This document shows, piece by piece, positions 10,050 through 20,367 of a stretch of DNA of 64,000 nt; position 1 is the first letter of the stretch, and every line of letters begins with the position of its first letter. The notes below the pieces were generated by a model. That model saw only the letters and a program-made list of their open reading frames with translations, made no database searches and was not told the DNA's origin. The DNA comes from an uncultured Holophaga sp. GTDB lineage: Bacteria > Acidobacteriota > Holophagae > Holophagales > Holophagaceae. The position numbers and the translations under genes are program-made. The stretch lies in assembly GCA_963664825.1 (NCBI GenBank), contig OY761614.1, positions 3,008,001 to 3,072,000 on the forward strand. Reading direction: 5' to 3'.

Positions 10050-11371
10050 GATGCAGGGCTCGGTCCTGCAGCAGGGATTCGCAGGATCGCCCGGGCACCC
10101 CCCTTCTCTCGGTTGAGGAGCCTCAGATCGCCTCCATGGCCCTCGGCGATCTGGCGGGCGAGGAGCAGGCCGATGCCGCTGCCGCCGGGCTTGGTGGTGA
10201 AGAAGGGCACGAAGAGGTTGCCGCCCTGGGGCAGTCCGGGGCCCTCGTCCTCCACGAGGAATTCCACGGAATCCCGCCCCAAGCGCCAGGTCATATCCAC
10301 GGCCCCGCCGGTCTCCAGGGACGCGTCGGCGGCGTTGCGCACGAGGTTGATGAGGGCCTGTTCCAGCTGATCGCCGTCGGCCTGGAGGCGGGCGGGGGGC
10401 CCCTGGGCGACGCGCACGCTCAGGCGCCCCTCCAGGGCGGCGGCCTTGCGCACGAGGGCTTCTACATCCACCATGCCTAGGCACGGCTCTGGGAGTTTCG
10501 CCAGCCGCGTATAGGCCTCCATGAAACGCCCCAGCGCCTGGGCCCTGGAGGCGATGATGGACAGCCCCTGTCGTGCGTCCATCCGCCAGTCCTCTCCTTG
10601 CTGCTCGATGATCGTGCCGATGCTGCCCGAGAGGGACTGGATCGGCGCCAGGGAATTGTTGATCTCGTGGCCCAGCACCCGGATGAGGCGCTGCCAAGCC
10701 TGGCGCTCTTCTTCGCGGAGGGGCCGGGTGAGGTCGGAGAGCACCAGGAGCTGATGGGGCCTGCCGCCCTGCCGGAAGATGCCGCGCCGCAGTTCGAAGC
10801 GCCCCGTGCGCCCGGGGAACGCCAGGTCCAGGAGACGGGGCCTATCCTCGCCCAGGGCTTCCGAAAGCCCCAATTCGGAGGCGGGGAGCCCCAGCAATCG
10901 CACCTGGGGCTTGGCCAGCAGAGCCTCTCCCGCACGGTTGACGAGCCTGAGCAGGCCTCCCTCGTCGAAGGCGAAGATCGCCACGTCGATCTCGGCCATC
11001 ACCGTGCGCAGGAGGGCCGTGGCCTCCATGGCCTTCAGCCGCTGCCGCTGGAGGAGTTCGGAGAGGTTATTGAGTTCCAGAAATACCGTGGCCAGCGCGT
11101 CATCCCCGGGGTGGGTGTGGGCCCGGAAGGAGAAATCCCCGGCCTTCAGGGCGCTCAGGAGGTTCGAGAGGGTCTGCAGGGGCCGTTGAGCCAGGAGGCG
11201 CAGACGGTGCGCCGTCCAGATCGAGGCCGCCAGGGCCCCGGAGCCGAGCCCAAGCTTCAGGAGGCAATGCAGGGGGCTGGCGTGCAGGAGGAAGGCGAGG
11301 AGGCCTAGTGCCGGCAGGGCCCCCGCCATCGCCAGGAGCTGGAGCCTCCGGTCGTGGGAGAGGCGGATCAT
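10028..11371 (-). CDS. Membrane sensor histidine kinase (HAMP/PAS-HisKA-HATPase)
   Basis: LGHEINNSL H-box, NLVRNA, DEGPG, FFTTKPGGSGIGL. Confidence 0.95.
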   Translation of the reverse strand: MIRLSHDRRLQLLAMAGALPALGLLAFLLHASPLHCLLKLGLGSGALAASIWTAHRLRLLAQRPLQTLSNLLSALKAGDFSFRAHTHPGDDALATVFLELNNLSELLQRQRLKAMEATALLRTVMAEIDVAIFAFDEGGLLRLVNRAGEALLAKPQVRLLGLPASELGLSEALGEDRPRLLDLAFPGRTGRFELRRGIFRQGGRPHQLLVLSDLTRPLREEERQAWQRLIRVLGHEINNSLAPIQSLSGSIGTIIEQQGEDWRMDARQGLSIIASRAQALGRFMEAYTRLAKLPEPCLGMVDVEALVRKAAALEGRLSVRVAQGPPARLQADGDQLEQALINLVRNAADASLETGGAVDMTWRLGRDSVEFLVEDEGPGLPQGGNLFVPFFTTKPGGSGIGLLLARQIAEGHGGDLRLLNREKGGARAILRIPAAGPSPASKTSPET

Positions 11372-12714
11372 CCGGAGATCCCGTATTTCTGAAGCCGTCG
11401 ATACATCGCGCTGCGGGAGAGCCCCAGAGCCTCGGCGGCGGCGGTGGCGCTGCCATGCCTGGCGAGGGCCTTGCGGATGAGCAGGGCCTCGACATCTTCC
11501 AGGGCCAGGGCGTCCAGGTCCCGGGAGGGCGCCGCCAGCAGCAGATCGGTGGCGGCCACCCGGGGCCCGGCCGTCATGAGCACGGCGCGCTCCACGGCGT
11601 GATCCAGTTCCCGGATATTGCCGGGCCAGGGGTGCTGCTCCAGCGCTCGGAGGGCCCGCTCCTCGAATCCGGACAGGTGCTTCCGGTATTTCAGGGCGTA
11701 GCCCTGGAGGAAGCGGGTGGCCAGCGGCGGGATATCCTCCCGGCGCTCCCTCAAGGGGGGAAGGTGGATCTCAACGGTATTGAGTCGGAAGAAGAGATCC
11801 CGGCGGAAGCGTCCGGCGTTGACCTCCGATTCCAGGTCGGCGTTGGTGGCGCTGAGGATCCGCACATCGGCGTGCAGGATGCGATTGGAGCCCACCCGCT
11901 CGTATTCGCCGGTCTCCAGTACCCGCAGGAGCTTGGCCTGCAAGGCCGCCGGGGCGTTGGCGATCTCATCGAGGAAGAGGGTCCCGCCGTCGGCCATCTC
12001 GAAGCGCCCGGCCCGATCTTCCCGGGCGTCCGTGAAGGCGCCCTTCACGTGTCCGAAGAGCTCGCTTTCCAGCAGGCTTTCGGAGAAGCCTCCCGCATTG
12101 AGGGTGATCAGCGCGTGACTTGAACGGGCCGAGGCGGCGTGCAGGCACCGGGCCAGGAGGCTCTTGCCCGTGCCATTCTCTCCCGTGAGCAGTACGCTCG
12201 CATCCGAAGGCCCCACCCGCTCCAGGAGGCGCAGCACGGGCTCCATGGCCCGGGACTGGGCCACCATCTGCGGCGCCCCCTCGCCCCGCAACAGGCGATT
12301 CTCGGCCTCCAGGCGCTGGCCATTCCGCAGGGCGGTGGAGAGTGCCAATTGGGTGCGCAGGGTGGCCAGGAGTCGGGCGTTCTCCCAGGGCTTCTGAATG
12401 AAATCCCGCGCACCCCGCCGCATGGCCTCCACTGTCAGCTCGATGCTGCCCCAGGCCGTCATCACCACCACCGGCAGGAGGGGATCCAGGGACTGCACCC
12501 GTTCCAGCAACTCCAGGCCCTCCTGGCCCGAGGTGGTGTCCTGGGTGTAGTTCATGTCCATGAGCAGCAGTTCGGGGGCCGTGGCCTCCACGGCCGCCAG
12601 GGTGGCGGCCGGTGAAGCCGCCGTGTCCACCCTGAAACCCTCGGATTTCAGGAGCAGGCGCAGGCTCTCTCGGATATCAGACTGGTCATCGGCCAGCAGG
12701 ATTCGTGCGTTCAT
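11368..12714 (-). CDS. Sigma54-dependent response regulator (NtrC family)
   Basis: REC domain; GENGTGKS Walker A; ESELFGHVKGAFTDA; GTLFLDEI; WPGNIREL; C-terminal Fis-type HTH. Confidence 0.97.
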   Translation of the reverse strand: MNARILLADDQSDIRESLRLLLKSEGFRVDTAASPAATLAAVEATAPELLLMDMNYTQDTTSGQEGLELLERVQSLDPLLPVVVMTAWGSIELTVEAMRRGARDFIQKPWENARLLATLRTQLALSTALRNGQRLEAENRLLRGEGAPQMVAQSRAMEPVLRLLERVGPSDASVLLTGENGTGKSLLARCLHAASARSSHALITLNAGGFSESLLESELFGHVKGAFTDAREDRAGRFEMADGGTLFLDEIANAPAALQAKLLRVLETGEYERVGSNRILHADVRILSATNADLESEVNAGRFRRDLFFRLNTVEIHLPPLRERREDIPPLATRFLQGYALKYRKHLSGFEERALRALEQHPWPGNIRELDHAVERAVLMTAGPRVAATDLLLAAPSRDLDALALEDVEALLIRKALARHGSATAAAEALGLSRSAMYRRLQKYGISG

Positions 12715-12808
12715 GTCTCTAGGCTACTAAAGCCTGGGGGCTCCCCGTTTCAATTAATCCCGTGGGTCCTGGACCGATGGTGGGAGATCCGGGGCTTGGG
12801 TGCGGGAC

Positions 12809-15217
12809 TCATTCGCTTCGCAGCGCCCGGGTGGGGTCTACCCGGACCGCCCGCAGGGCGGGAACCAGGCAGGCCAGGAGGGCCACCGTCATCAGGAGCA
12901 GCAGGACGGCGGTCAGCGTCAGGGGATCGGCTGTGCCGAGGCCCGTGATCTGGCTCTGGAGCAGCCTGCCCAGCATCAGGGACCCCGCCAGCCCTAAGGC
13001 GGCGCCCACGGTGACGGTGCCCAGGCCCTGGCCCAGCACCAGGCCGATGACATCCCAGACCCGGGCGCCCAGGGCCATGCGGATGCCGATCTCCCGCCTG
13101 CGCTGGGCCACCAGGAAGCTGGTGACGCCGTAGATGCCTACGGTGGCCAGGATCAGGGCCAGCAGGCCGAAGACGCTGAAGAGCAGGCTCTGGGCGCGAT
13201 TTTCCCCGAGGTCCCGGGCCATCCATTCCTCCATGGTCCTCAGGCGCCCCGCGGGGATCTCCGGATCCACGTCCCGCAGGGCTCCCTTGAGGGCGGCCTT
13301 CCAGCCATTGGGATTCCCTTCCGTCCGGAGGAGCACGGAGACGGCCTGCCCCCTTGGCCCCCCGTACTGGGCGGGATCGAGAAGGGGCATGTAGAGCTCC
13401 AGGCCCGGTTCGTCGGCCAGGCCCATCTGATGGACATCTCCGGCGACGCCGAGGATGGTCATCCAGGGGCCCTGGTCGCCGCCCATGGAGATGCGTTTGC
13501 CCAGAGGGCTCCTCCCGGGCCAGTGGCGGCGGGCGAAGGCTTCACTGATGATGGCCACCTGGGAATCCCTGGGCCCGAAATCCCGGCCCCGGGTCAGTGG
13601 AATGCCCAGGGTCTGGAAGTAGCCCAGGCTCACTCGGTGGCTGATGGCCATGGGGCGGACGCGCGGCGTGGGTTCGCCCTCGATCTGGTAGGCGCTGCTG
13701 GAGGTAGATCCCCCCAGGGGCGGGGTGTCATTGAGGGCCGCTCCCTTCACGCCGGGGATCGCGACGAGGCGTTCCAGGAGCCGGGCTTCGAGGGCCTGTT
13801 CGGTCTTGGCGTCCGGGTATTTCGCCTGAGGCAGGCTGAGGGAGGCCGTGAGCACGCCCTTCGGCTGGAAGCCCGGATCCACGCGCTGGAGCTGCCAGAG
13901 GCTCCTGATCATGAGGCCCGCCCCCGCCAGGAGGGCGGTGGCCAGGGCCACTTCGGCTCCCACCAGGAGACCGCGGAGCCGCCGGTGCACCGGCCCCGTG
14001 GAACCCTTGGCTCCCTCCCGGAGGCCCTCCAGGGGAGCCGAACCCGAGGCCTGGAGGGCGGGGAGGCCGCCGAAGACCAGGGTGGTGAGCAGGGAACACC
14101 CCAGGGTGAAGGCCAGCACATGCGGGTCCAGGCCCAGGGCAGGGGTCCGGAAGGGCAGCAGATACCGGAGCCCCTCCACCGAGAACCGGGCAAGGAGCAG
14201 GCCGGCCGCGCCGCCCAGGAGGGAGAGCAGGAGGCTTTCGGCCAGGAGCTGGGTCAGGATGCGACGGCGGTCCGCGCCCAGGGCCATGCGCAGAGCCAGT
14301 TCCCGCTCCCGGCCCGCGCTGCGGGCCAGGAGGAGATTGGCCACATTGGCGCAGGCGATGAGCAACACGAAGGCCACCGCCCCCAGGAGCGCCAGCAGCG
14401 TGGGCCGGGCGTTGTGCACCACCTCGTCCTGTAGGGCCGTGACCCTGGCGAGATAACCCAGGTTGCTGGCGGGGTAGGCCTTTTCGAGCCCCGCGGCGAT
14501 GCCGCTCATCTCCTGCTGGACTCCCGCCAGCGTGGCTCCGGGCTTCATCCGGCCCACGCAGTCCAGGAACCATGCGCCCCGGCCCGTGGCGAGGTCGGGG
14601 GGCAGGGACAGGGGCACGAAGAGCTCGGAATTGGGGATGCCATAGGGACAATCGAAGCCGGGCGCCATGACGCCGATGATCTCGACGCTCTCCCCATCCA
14701 GCCGCAGGCTGCGCCCCACCGCCCGGGGGTCTCCCCCGAAGCGCCGCAGCCAGAGGGCGTGACTCAGGATTGCCACCCGGGGACTGCCGAAGCGGTCGTC
14801 CTCGGGCCGGAAATTCCGGCCCAGGAGGGGCTGGGCTCCCAGCGTGTCCAGGAAGGTCCAGGAGACGCGGCCGGCCCCCAGGCGCTCCGGATCCCCTTCC
14901 CCGGACAGGTTCACCGCCCCCCCGGTCATCACCGCCAGGGAGGCCAGTTGGGTACTCTGGCGCTGGAAATCCAGGAAGTTGGGATAGGAGAACCCGCCGC
15001 CGCCCCTCATCGGGCGCTCGGGGTTGAATTCCCTCATCGCCACTAGGCGCTGGGCCTCGGGAAAGGGCAGGGGCCTCAGGAGCATGCGGTCCACCAGGCT
15101 GAACACCGCCGTATTGGCTCCGATGCCCAGGGCCAGGGTGAGTACCGCCGCCGACGTGAAACCGGGAGACTTGATCAGGCTACGAAAGGCGGACTTAAGG
15201 TCATGCAGGATGGGCAT
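12809..15217 (-). CDS. ABC transporter permease, duplicated MacB/FtsX (ADOP-type), copy 5
   Basis: PGFT..AVLTLALGIGANTAVFS, LLIACANVANLLLAR, RRREIGIRMALGA, PALRA.RVDP..ALRSE. Confidence 0.95.
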   Translation of the reverse strand: MPILHDLKSAFRSLIKSPGFTSAAVLTLALGIGANTAVFSLVDRMLLRPLPFPEAQRLVAMREFNPERPMRGGGGFSYPNFLDFQRQSTQLASLAVMTGGAVNLSGEGDPERLGAGRVSWTFLDTLGAQPLLGRNFRPEDDRFGSPRVAILSHALWLRRFGGDPRAVGRSLRLDGESVEIIGVMAPGFDCPYGIPNSELFVPLSLPPDLATGRGAWFLDCVGRMKPGATLAGVQQEMSGIAAGLEKAYPASNLGYLARVTALQDEVVHNARPTLLALLGAVAFVLLIACANVANLLLARSAGRERELALRMALGADRRRILTQLLAESLLLSLLGGAAGLLLARFSVEGLRYLLPFRTPALGLDPHVLAFTLGCSLLTTLVFGGLPALQASGSAPLEGLREGAKGSTGPVHRRLRGLLVGAEVALATALLAGAGLMIRSLWQLQRVDPGFQPKGVLTASLSLPQAKYPDAKTEQALEARLLERLVAIPGVKGAALNDTPPLGGSTSSSAYQIEGEPTPRVRPMAISHRVSLGYFQTLGIPLTRGRDFGPRDSQVAIISEAFARRHWPGRSPLGKRISMGGDQGPWMTILGVAGDVHQMGLADEPGLELYMPLLDPAQYGGPRGQAVSVLLRTEGNPNGWKAALKGALRDVDPEIPAGRLRTMEEWMARDLGENRAQSLLFSVFGLLALILATVGIYGVTSFLVAQRRREIGIRMALGARVWDVIGLVLGQGLGTVTVGAALGLAGSLMLGRLLQSQITGLGTADPLTLTAVLLLLMTVALLACLVPALRAVRVDPTRALRSE

Positions 15218-15220
15218 GGA

Positions 15221-17515
15221 TCACTCCAAACGCAGCGTATCGGCGGGCTGAGTGCGGGCGGCCATCAGGGCCGGACCGAGGCCCGCCAGGAAGCATGTGA
15301 GCCCCAGTGAGATCATGGCGAAGGCCAGCAGGCCTGGGTCGGCTGGGTTGACGCCCTGGAACTGGTGCTGAAGGAGGCGGCCCAGGATCCATGCGAACGC
15401 GGAGCCCAGGGCCATGCGGATGCCCCATTCCCGCTTCTGGCGGGCCGCGGCCTGGGCTAGGGTGCCCATGAGGCCGATGCCCGCCAGGAAGGCCGCGAGG
15501 ATTCCGGCGCCCAGGGTCTGGCGGCGCAAGGCTCGAGGCTCCTCCAATTCCCGGGCGGCCAGGGATTCCAGGCTCTGGAATTCCAACAGGCGGGCGCCTC
15601 CATCGGCCTGACGAGAGGCTTCCTGGACCGAGCGGCGCAGGGTATCCGCGGGGGCGGCGCTGCGCAGGTAGACCGTCACATAGCTGGAACCCCAAGAGGC
15701 CAGGGAGGTATAGACCGCTGGGGCCGCTTCCCGGGCCATCCGGCCCATGCGGGCGTCGCCCACCACGCCCACGACGGTCATGGGCGCTCCTTCGGCGCTG
15801 TCTTCCCTGACCAGGCGCCCCAGGGGCGAGGCCTCGCCCCAGGCCTTCCGGGCGAACTGGGCACTCACGAGGCAGACGTGCGCCTCGCCTTCTTCCAGGT
15901 TCCGTCCGGCCAGCAAGGGTATCTGAAGGACCTTGAAGTAATCGGGGCTGATGGCATGCTGTCCGGCCTGGATGAATCCCTCGGCGCCTTCCGGCCACAC
16001 ATTGCCCTCATGGCCTTGGTCCACCAGGGGCCGGGTGTTGGACATGGCCACGGCCTGGATGCCTGGCAATTGGCTCAAAGCTTGGCGCACATGGCGCTGG
16101 AAGGCCGCGCTGCGTTTTACGAAATCCTCGTTTGGGCGCATCCCCAGGCGCAGTACCGCCACCTTGAGATCCTTCAGGGAGTACCCCGGATTCACGCCCT
16201 GCAATCGCTCCAGGGCCCGAAGGCTGAGTCCCGCCCCCACCAGAAGGGCGAAGGCCAAGGCGAGTTGAAGGATGGCTAGAGTCCCACGAAGCCGGGCACT
16301 GCCCCGGGAGGCGGAAGCGGCGCCTCCCTTCCGCAGCGCTTCGTTCAGATCCAGGCGATGGCCCCAGCGCAGGGGCAAAAGCGAAGTCACCAGCAGCGAA
16401 ATCCCTAGGGCCACAGCCATGGGCACCAGCCCAGCGCCAAGCTGCACATCCGGAAGGATCTCCAGGAGCTGCAGGCCCTTTAGGAGGGGTAGAGCCAAGA
16501 GACTGCCCAGGCCCGTCAGGATGGCAACCTCCATCAGAATGGGCCCCTGAAGGCCGCCCTGGCCCGCTCCCAAAGCAGCTCGTAATCCCCATTCCCGCGT
16601 ACGGCCCAGGCTCCTGGCGAGGACCAGGTGGGCCACATTGGCGCAAGCCAGGAGGAGGATGAGCAGTCCCGCGGCCGTGGAGAGAGCCAGTTTCGGTCCC
16701 ACGCGGGCCCGCCAATAGGCCAGGAAACCCCGAGCCTTGATTCCCCAGGAACGGTCCACGGCGTGTCTCGGTGGACCCAGACGGGGCAGCATGCGATCCA
16801 CTTCGGCCTGAAGTTGGTGCACGGTGGCTCCAGCCGTTAGTCGGCCGTACACCCAGCAGCAGGGATTGTCGCGTCTCTGGATACCGTCGCCCAGATCCGT
16901 GAAGGCCAGCGGCTGGAAGGCGATGGCATCATCCATGAAAAAGGGCAGACGGCGCTGGGGGGCGAGCACGCCCACGATTTGATGAGGCTTGCCATCCAGG
17001 TTCAGGGTCTTGCCCAGGATTTGGGGATCGCTGCCGAAATGGCGCACCCAGAACCCGTGGGTCAGGATGAGGATCTTGGCAGAGCTTCCCTGGGACTCCT
17101 GGGGTTCGAAGTCCCGCCCCAGGTGAAGGGGCAGGCCCATCACCTGGAAGAATCCCGGGCTCACCCGTGCGGTGCGCACCTGCTCGGGTCCATCCTGGGA
17201 ATCCATCTGGGGACTATCGTCCCGGCAGGCGGCCAGGCCCTGCACGCTTTTGAGTTCCCGCTGGAGATCCCAGAAATCCGGGGCCGAAAGGGGGCGGAGG
17301 AATTCCGCGCCCGCGGCCCCTTCTCCCGAAAGACACACCACCCGACTGGGGTTCCGGAAATCAAAGGGCACGCCCAGCAGATCCCAGGCGGGGGCAAAGG
17401 CCCCGAGCGCCGCAGCCAGACCCACGGCCAGCGTGAGGCAGGCCGCCAGCCCATAGCCAGGAGTGCGGGAGAGAGAACGCAGCGTCTGGCGGAAAAGTGA
17501 GGACAGATTGGACAT
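15221..17515 (-). CDS. ABC transporter permease, ADOP-type, copy 4 (apparent ~25-aa in-frame deletion near the C-terminus)
   Basis: LLLACANVAHLVLAR and REWGIRMALG motifs; shorter C-terminal FtsX domain than its paralogues. Confidence 0.9.
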   Translation of the reverse strand: MSNLSSLFRQTLRSLSRTPGYGLAACLTLAVGLAAALGAFAPAWDLLGVPFDFRNPSRVVCLSGEGAAGAEFLRPLSAPDFWDLQRELKSVQGLAACRDDSPQMDSQDGPEQVRTARVSPGFFQVMGLPLHLGRDFEPQESQGSSAKILILTHGFWVRHFGSDPQILGKTLNLDGKPHQIVGVLAPQRRLPFFMDDAIAFQPLAFTDLGDGIQRRDNPCCWVYGRLTAGATVHQLQAEVDRMLPRLGPPRHAVDRSWGIKARGFLAYWRARVGPKLALSTAAGLLILLLACANVAHLVLARSLGRTREWGLRAALGAGQGGLQGPILMEVAILTGLGSLLALPLLKGLQLLEILPDVQLGAGLVPMAVALGISLLVTSLLPLRWGHRLDLNEALRKGGAASASRGSARLRGTLAILQLALAFALLVGAGLSLRALERLQGVNPGYSLKDLKVAVLRLGMRPNEDFVKRSAAFQRHVRQALSQLPGIQAVAMSNTRPLVDQGHEGNVWPEGAEGFIQAGQHAISPDYFKVLQIPLLAGRNLEEGEAHVCLVSAQFARKAWGEASPLGRLVREDSAEGAPMTVVGVVGDARMGRMAREAAPAVYTSLASWGSSYVTVYLRSAAPADTLRRSVQEASRQADGGARLLEFQSLESLAARELEEPRALRRQTLGAGILAAFLAGIGLMGTLAQAAARQKREWGIRMALGSAFAWILGRLLQHQFQGVNPADPGLLAFAMISLGLTCFLAGLGPALMAARTQPADTLRLE

Positions 17516-17957
17516 CAGAGGCCTTTCACTCGCTTCGCAGCGTATCGGCGGGGTTTGTGCGGGCGGCCCGCAGGGCTGGGATGAGGCAGGCCAGGAGGCC
17601 TGCGGCGGTGAGGGCTCCGGCGGCGCTGAGAAGATCGAGGCTTGAAAGGGTGGGCAGGCCGGCCCAGTGGGAAGCCGTTAGGCGGATCAGGAGCCAGATG
17701 ACGAAGGCCCCCGTCACCAGGCCAAGAGCCAACAGGCGCGCGCCAAGCCCTAGGATGCGTGTGGCCAGCTGGCGGGCCGTGGCGCCCAGGGCCATGCGGA
17801 TGGCCAGTTCCCGGCCCTTCAGTGCGACCTGGAGGTTCAGGGCGGCCCAGAGTCCGAAGCAGGCCAGCATCAGGGAACCCAGGCCCAGGCTGCCCAACAG
17901 GCGCATATTCTGGTGTTCGTGATGCAGGGTGGCGGCCATGTGGTCCTCCAGGGTGAT
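17505..17957. repeat. ~450-bp near-identical direct repeat, copy A (copy B at 19915-20367)
   Basis: Both copies start AGATTGGACATCAGAGGCCTTTCACTCG and stay colinear with scattered substitutions; offset 2410 bp. Confidence 0.9.
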
Positions 17958-19925
17958 CACCTTGTCGGGCTGGAGGGTGGGGGCCTCCTGGCGGAGGGCC
18001 TCCCGGAGCCGCGCCGCCACCTGCTGGCTGCTGCCGGGGCCCGAGGCCAGGATCCAGAATTGGCCTGTCGGGATATCGTTTAGGTAGACATCCGAGAGCC
18101 AGATCATGGGCAGGTGGAAGTCGGGATCCGGGCGCATGCGGTGATCGGCCACCACGCCGATGACGTCGTAGGAATTTTCGCTGCCATTGGTCACGCTTCG
18201 CCCCACGGCGGAGCCGTCCGGGAAGAAACGCCTAGCCAAGCTTTCGTTGAGGATGACCTGCCCGTGCCCGTCGCCGTCACGGAATTCCCGTCCCCGGATG
18301 ACATTGACGCCCAGTGTCTTGAACCAGTCCTGTCCCACGAGACAGGCCGGTAGGAAGAGCGTTTCTAGCCTCTCCCCGCCTCTCAGGCTGAAGGTGGCGC
18401 GCCCGCTGGCATCCAGAGGCGCCACGATGCTGCGGGCAGCGGCCGTGATGCCCGGCATGGCCCGCAGACGGGCCAGCACGCGCAGTCCCAGGGCCCTGTC
18501 TGCTCCGGCGTCGGCAGATAGAAGGGCCCTGTGAGCCGCAGGGTAGCCTGTCTTGGCGGCCCGGCGGAAGGCGCCTAGGGCCATGCTGGAGGCCACCAGC
18601 AGCGCGAGGGAGAGGGCCACCTGGGCCGCGACGAAGAGGCCGCTTCCCTGGCGGGTATTGCCCCGACCGCCCTGTCCCGCCAGGACACGGTTCAGATCCA
18701 TGCGCCGCACCTTCAGGAGAGGGATCAGGGCCGCGATGAAGAGGGCCGCTAGGCTCAGTCCCACCCCGAAGGCGAGGAGGCGCCCGTCCAGTGTCGGCAT
18801 CACAAGCGCCTGGGAGGCGCTTTCCCCGGGCCTGAGCATGAAGCGTCGCGCCAGGAATAGGCCGGAGGCAAGGGCCACGGGGGCTGCCAGCAGGGCCAGC
18901 AGCAGGGCCTCCAGGGCCTGGGTTCGGAACAGCGTTCCCTGACTTGCGCCCAGGGCGCAGCGGGTGGCCAGTTCCCGTTCCTGACGGGCGGCTCTTGCCG
19001 CGAAGAGCCCCGAGGCGCCCACCACAGCCAGGAAGAGAGCAAGCCCGGAGGCCACCAGCAGAAGGGAGCGCTGGGGGAGCACCTGATCCAGCAGGGTCTG
19101 TTCCCCCTGGCCGGGATCCACGGCCACATAGCGCCGCCCCGAATTGGAATCGGGGTGGGCCTGGGCATGGATGGCGCTGAGGCTCTCGAGGGTCGCCTGG
19201 GTCTCGGCCAGGCTCAATCCGGGCCTCATCCGTCCCAGGAGCTGGAAGGCCGGGATCTCCCGGCTGGTGAAGAAACCTGGAGGCAGCGTGGCTCCGAGTT
19301 TCGAGATGGCCTGGAGGGGCATCCAGCAATCCTCCCGCCGCCCCAGTTCCAGCCCCTCGAAGCCCGCAGGACCGACGCCCACCACCGTGACGGGCTGGCC
19401 CTGGCTGCCAAAGGCGAAGGCACGCCCCAGGACGGTGGGATCCCCGTGAAGGACTGTCTTCCATAGGCGGTGGCTCAGGATCATCACGAGCCCTCCAGAG
19501 GCTTCCTCACCAGCCGTGAATCCCCGGCCCAGGCTCATGCGCAGCCCCAAGAGGGATTGCCACCCCTCGCCCACCATGGGCACCCGGATCGGCACCTTCC
19601 GATCGCCCACGGGCAGGGTGGAATCGGAATCCATCACGATGGGCACGAGCTGCGCGAAGGGGGAGACGGAGGCCTTCAGGTCCTCCACCTGGGGCATGGA
19701 GAGGTTTTCCAGGCCCCGCTCGCCCTTCTTCTCGAGGCGCAGCGTGACCAGTTCGCTGCGGGCGGCCACGGGCAGGGGACGGAAGAGCACGGCCTGGAGG
19801 ATGGCGTGGAGGGCCACGTTGGCCCCCAGGCCCAGGCCCAGCACGATGACGATGGGCAAGGTGAAGCCGGGCGAACGCAGCAGCGAACGCAGGGCCTGCC
19901 GGAGCTCAAGGAGGAGATTGGACAT
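17526..19925 (-). CDS. ABC transporter permease, ADOP-type, copy 3
   Basis: PGFTLPIVIVLGLGLGAN, RELAIRMALGA, PALRAARTNPADTLRSE. Confidence 0.93.
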   Translation of the reverse strand: MSNLLLELRQALRSLLRSPGFTLPIVIVLGLGLGANVALHAILQAVLFRPLPVAARSELVTLRLEKKGERGLENLSMPQVEDLKASVSPFAQLVPIVMDSDSTLPVGDRKVPIRVPMVGEGWQSLLGLRMSLGRGFTAGEEASGGLVMILSHRLWKTVLHGDPTVLGRAFAFGSQGQPVTVVGVGPAGFEGLELGRREDCWMPLQAISKLGATLPPGFFTSREIPAFQLLGRMRPGLSLAETQATLESLSAIHAQAHPDSNSGRRYVAVDPGQGEQTLLDQVLPQRSLLLVASGLALFLAVVGASGLFAARAARQERELATRCALGASQGTLFRTQALEALLLALLAAPVALASGLFLARRFMLRPGESASQALVMPTLDGRLLAFGVGLSLAALFIAALIPLLKVRRMDLNRVLAGQGGRGNTRQGSGLFVAAQVALSLALLVASSMALGAFRRAAKTGYPAAHRALLSADAGADRALGLRVLARLRAMPGITAAARSIVAPLDASGRATFSLRGGERLETLFLPACLVGQDWFKTLGVNVIRGREFRDGDGHGQVILNESLARRFFPDGSAVGRSVTNGSENSYDVIGVVADHRMRPDPDFHLPMIWLSDVYLNDIPTGQFWILASGPGSSQQVAARLREALRQEAPTLQPDKVITLEDHMAATLHHEHQNMRLLGSLGLGSLMLACFGLWAALNLQVALKGRELAIRMALGATARQLATRILGLGARLLALGLVTGAFVIWLLIRLTASHWAGLPTLSSLDLLSAAGALTAAGLLACLIPALRAARTNPADTLRSE

Positions 19926-20367
19926 CAGAGGCCTTTCACTCGTTTCGCAGCGTATCGGAGGGGTTTGTGCGCGCCGCCCGCAGGGCGGGGATCAGGCAGG
20001 CCAGGAGGCCCGCAGCGGTGAGGGCTCCGGCGGCGCTGAGAAGATCGAGGCTTGAAAGGGTGGGCAGACCGGCCCAATGGGAAGCCGCCAGGCGGGTCAG
20101 GAGCCAGATGACGAAAGCTCCCGTCACCAGGCCAAGAGCCAGCAGGCGCGCGCCAAGCCCTAGGATGCGTGTGGCCAGCTGGCGGGCCGTGGCGCCCAGG
20201 GCCATGCGGATGGCCAGTTCCCGGCCCTTCAGTGCCACCTGGAGATTCAGGGCGGCCCAGAGCCCGAAGCAGGCCAGCATCAGGGAACCCAGCCCCAGGC
20301 TGCCCAGCAGGCGCATATTCTGGTTCTCCTGATGCAGAGTGGCGGCTACGTGGTCCTCGAGGGTGAT
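19915..20367. repeat. ~450-bp near-identical direct repeat, copy B
   Basis: Colinear match to 17505-17957. Confidence 0.9.
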
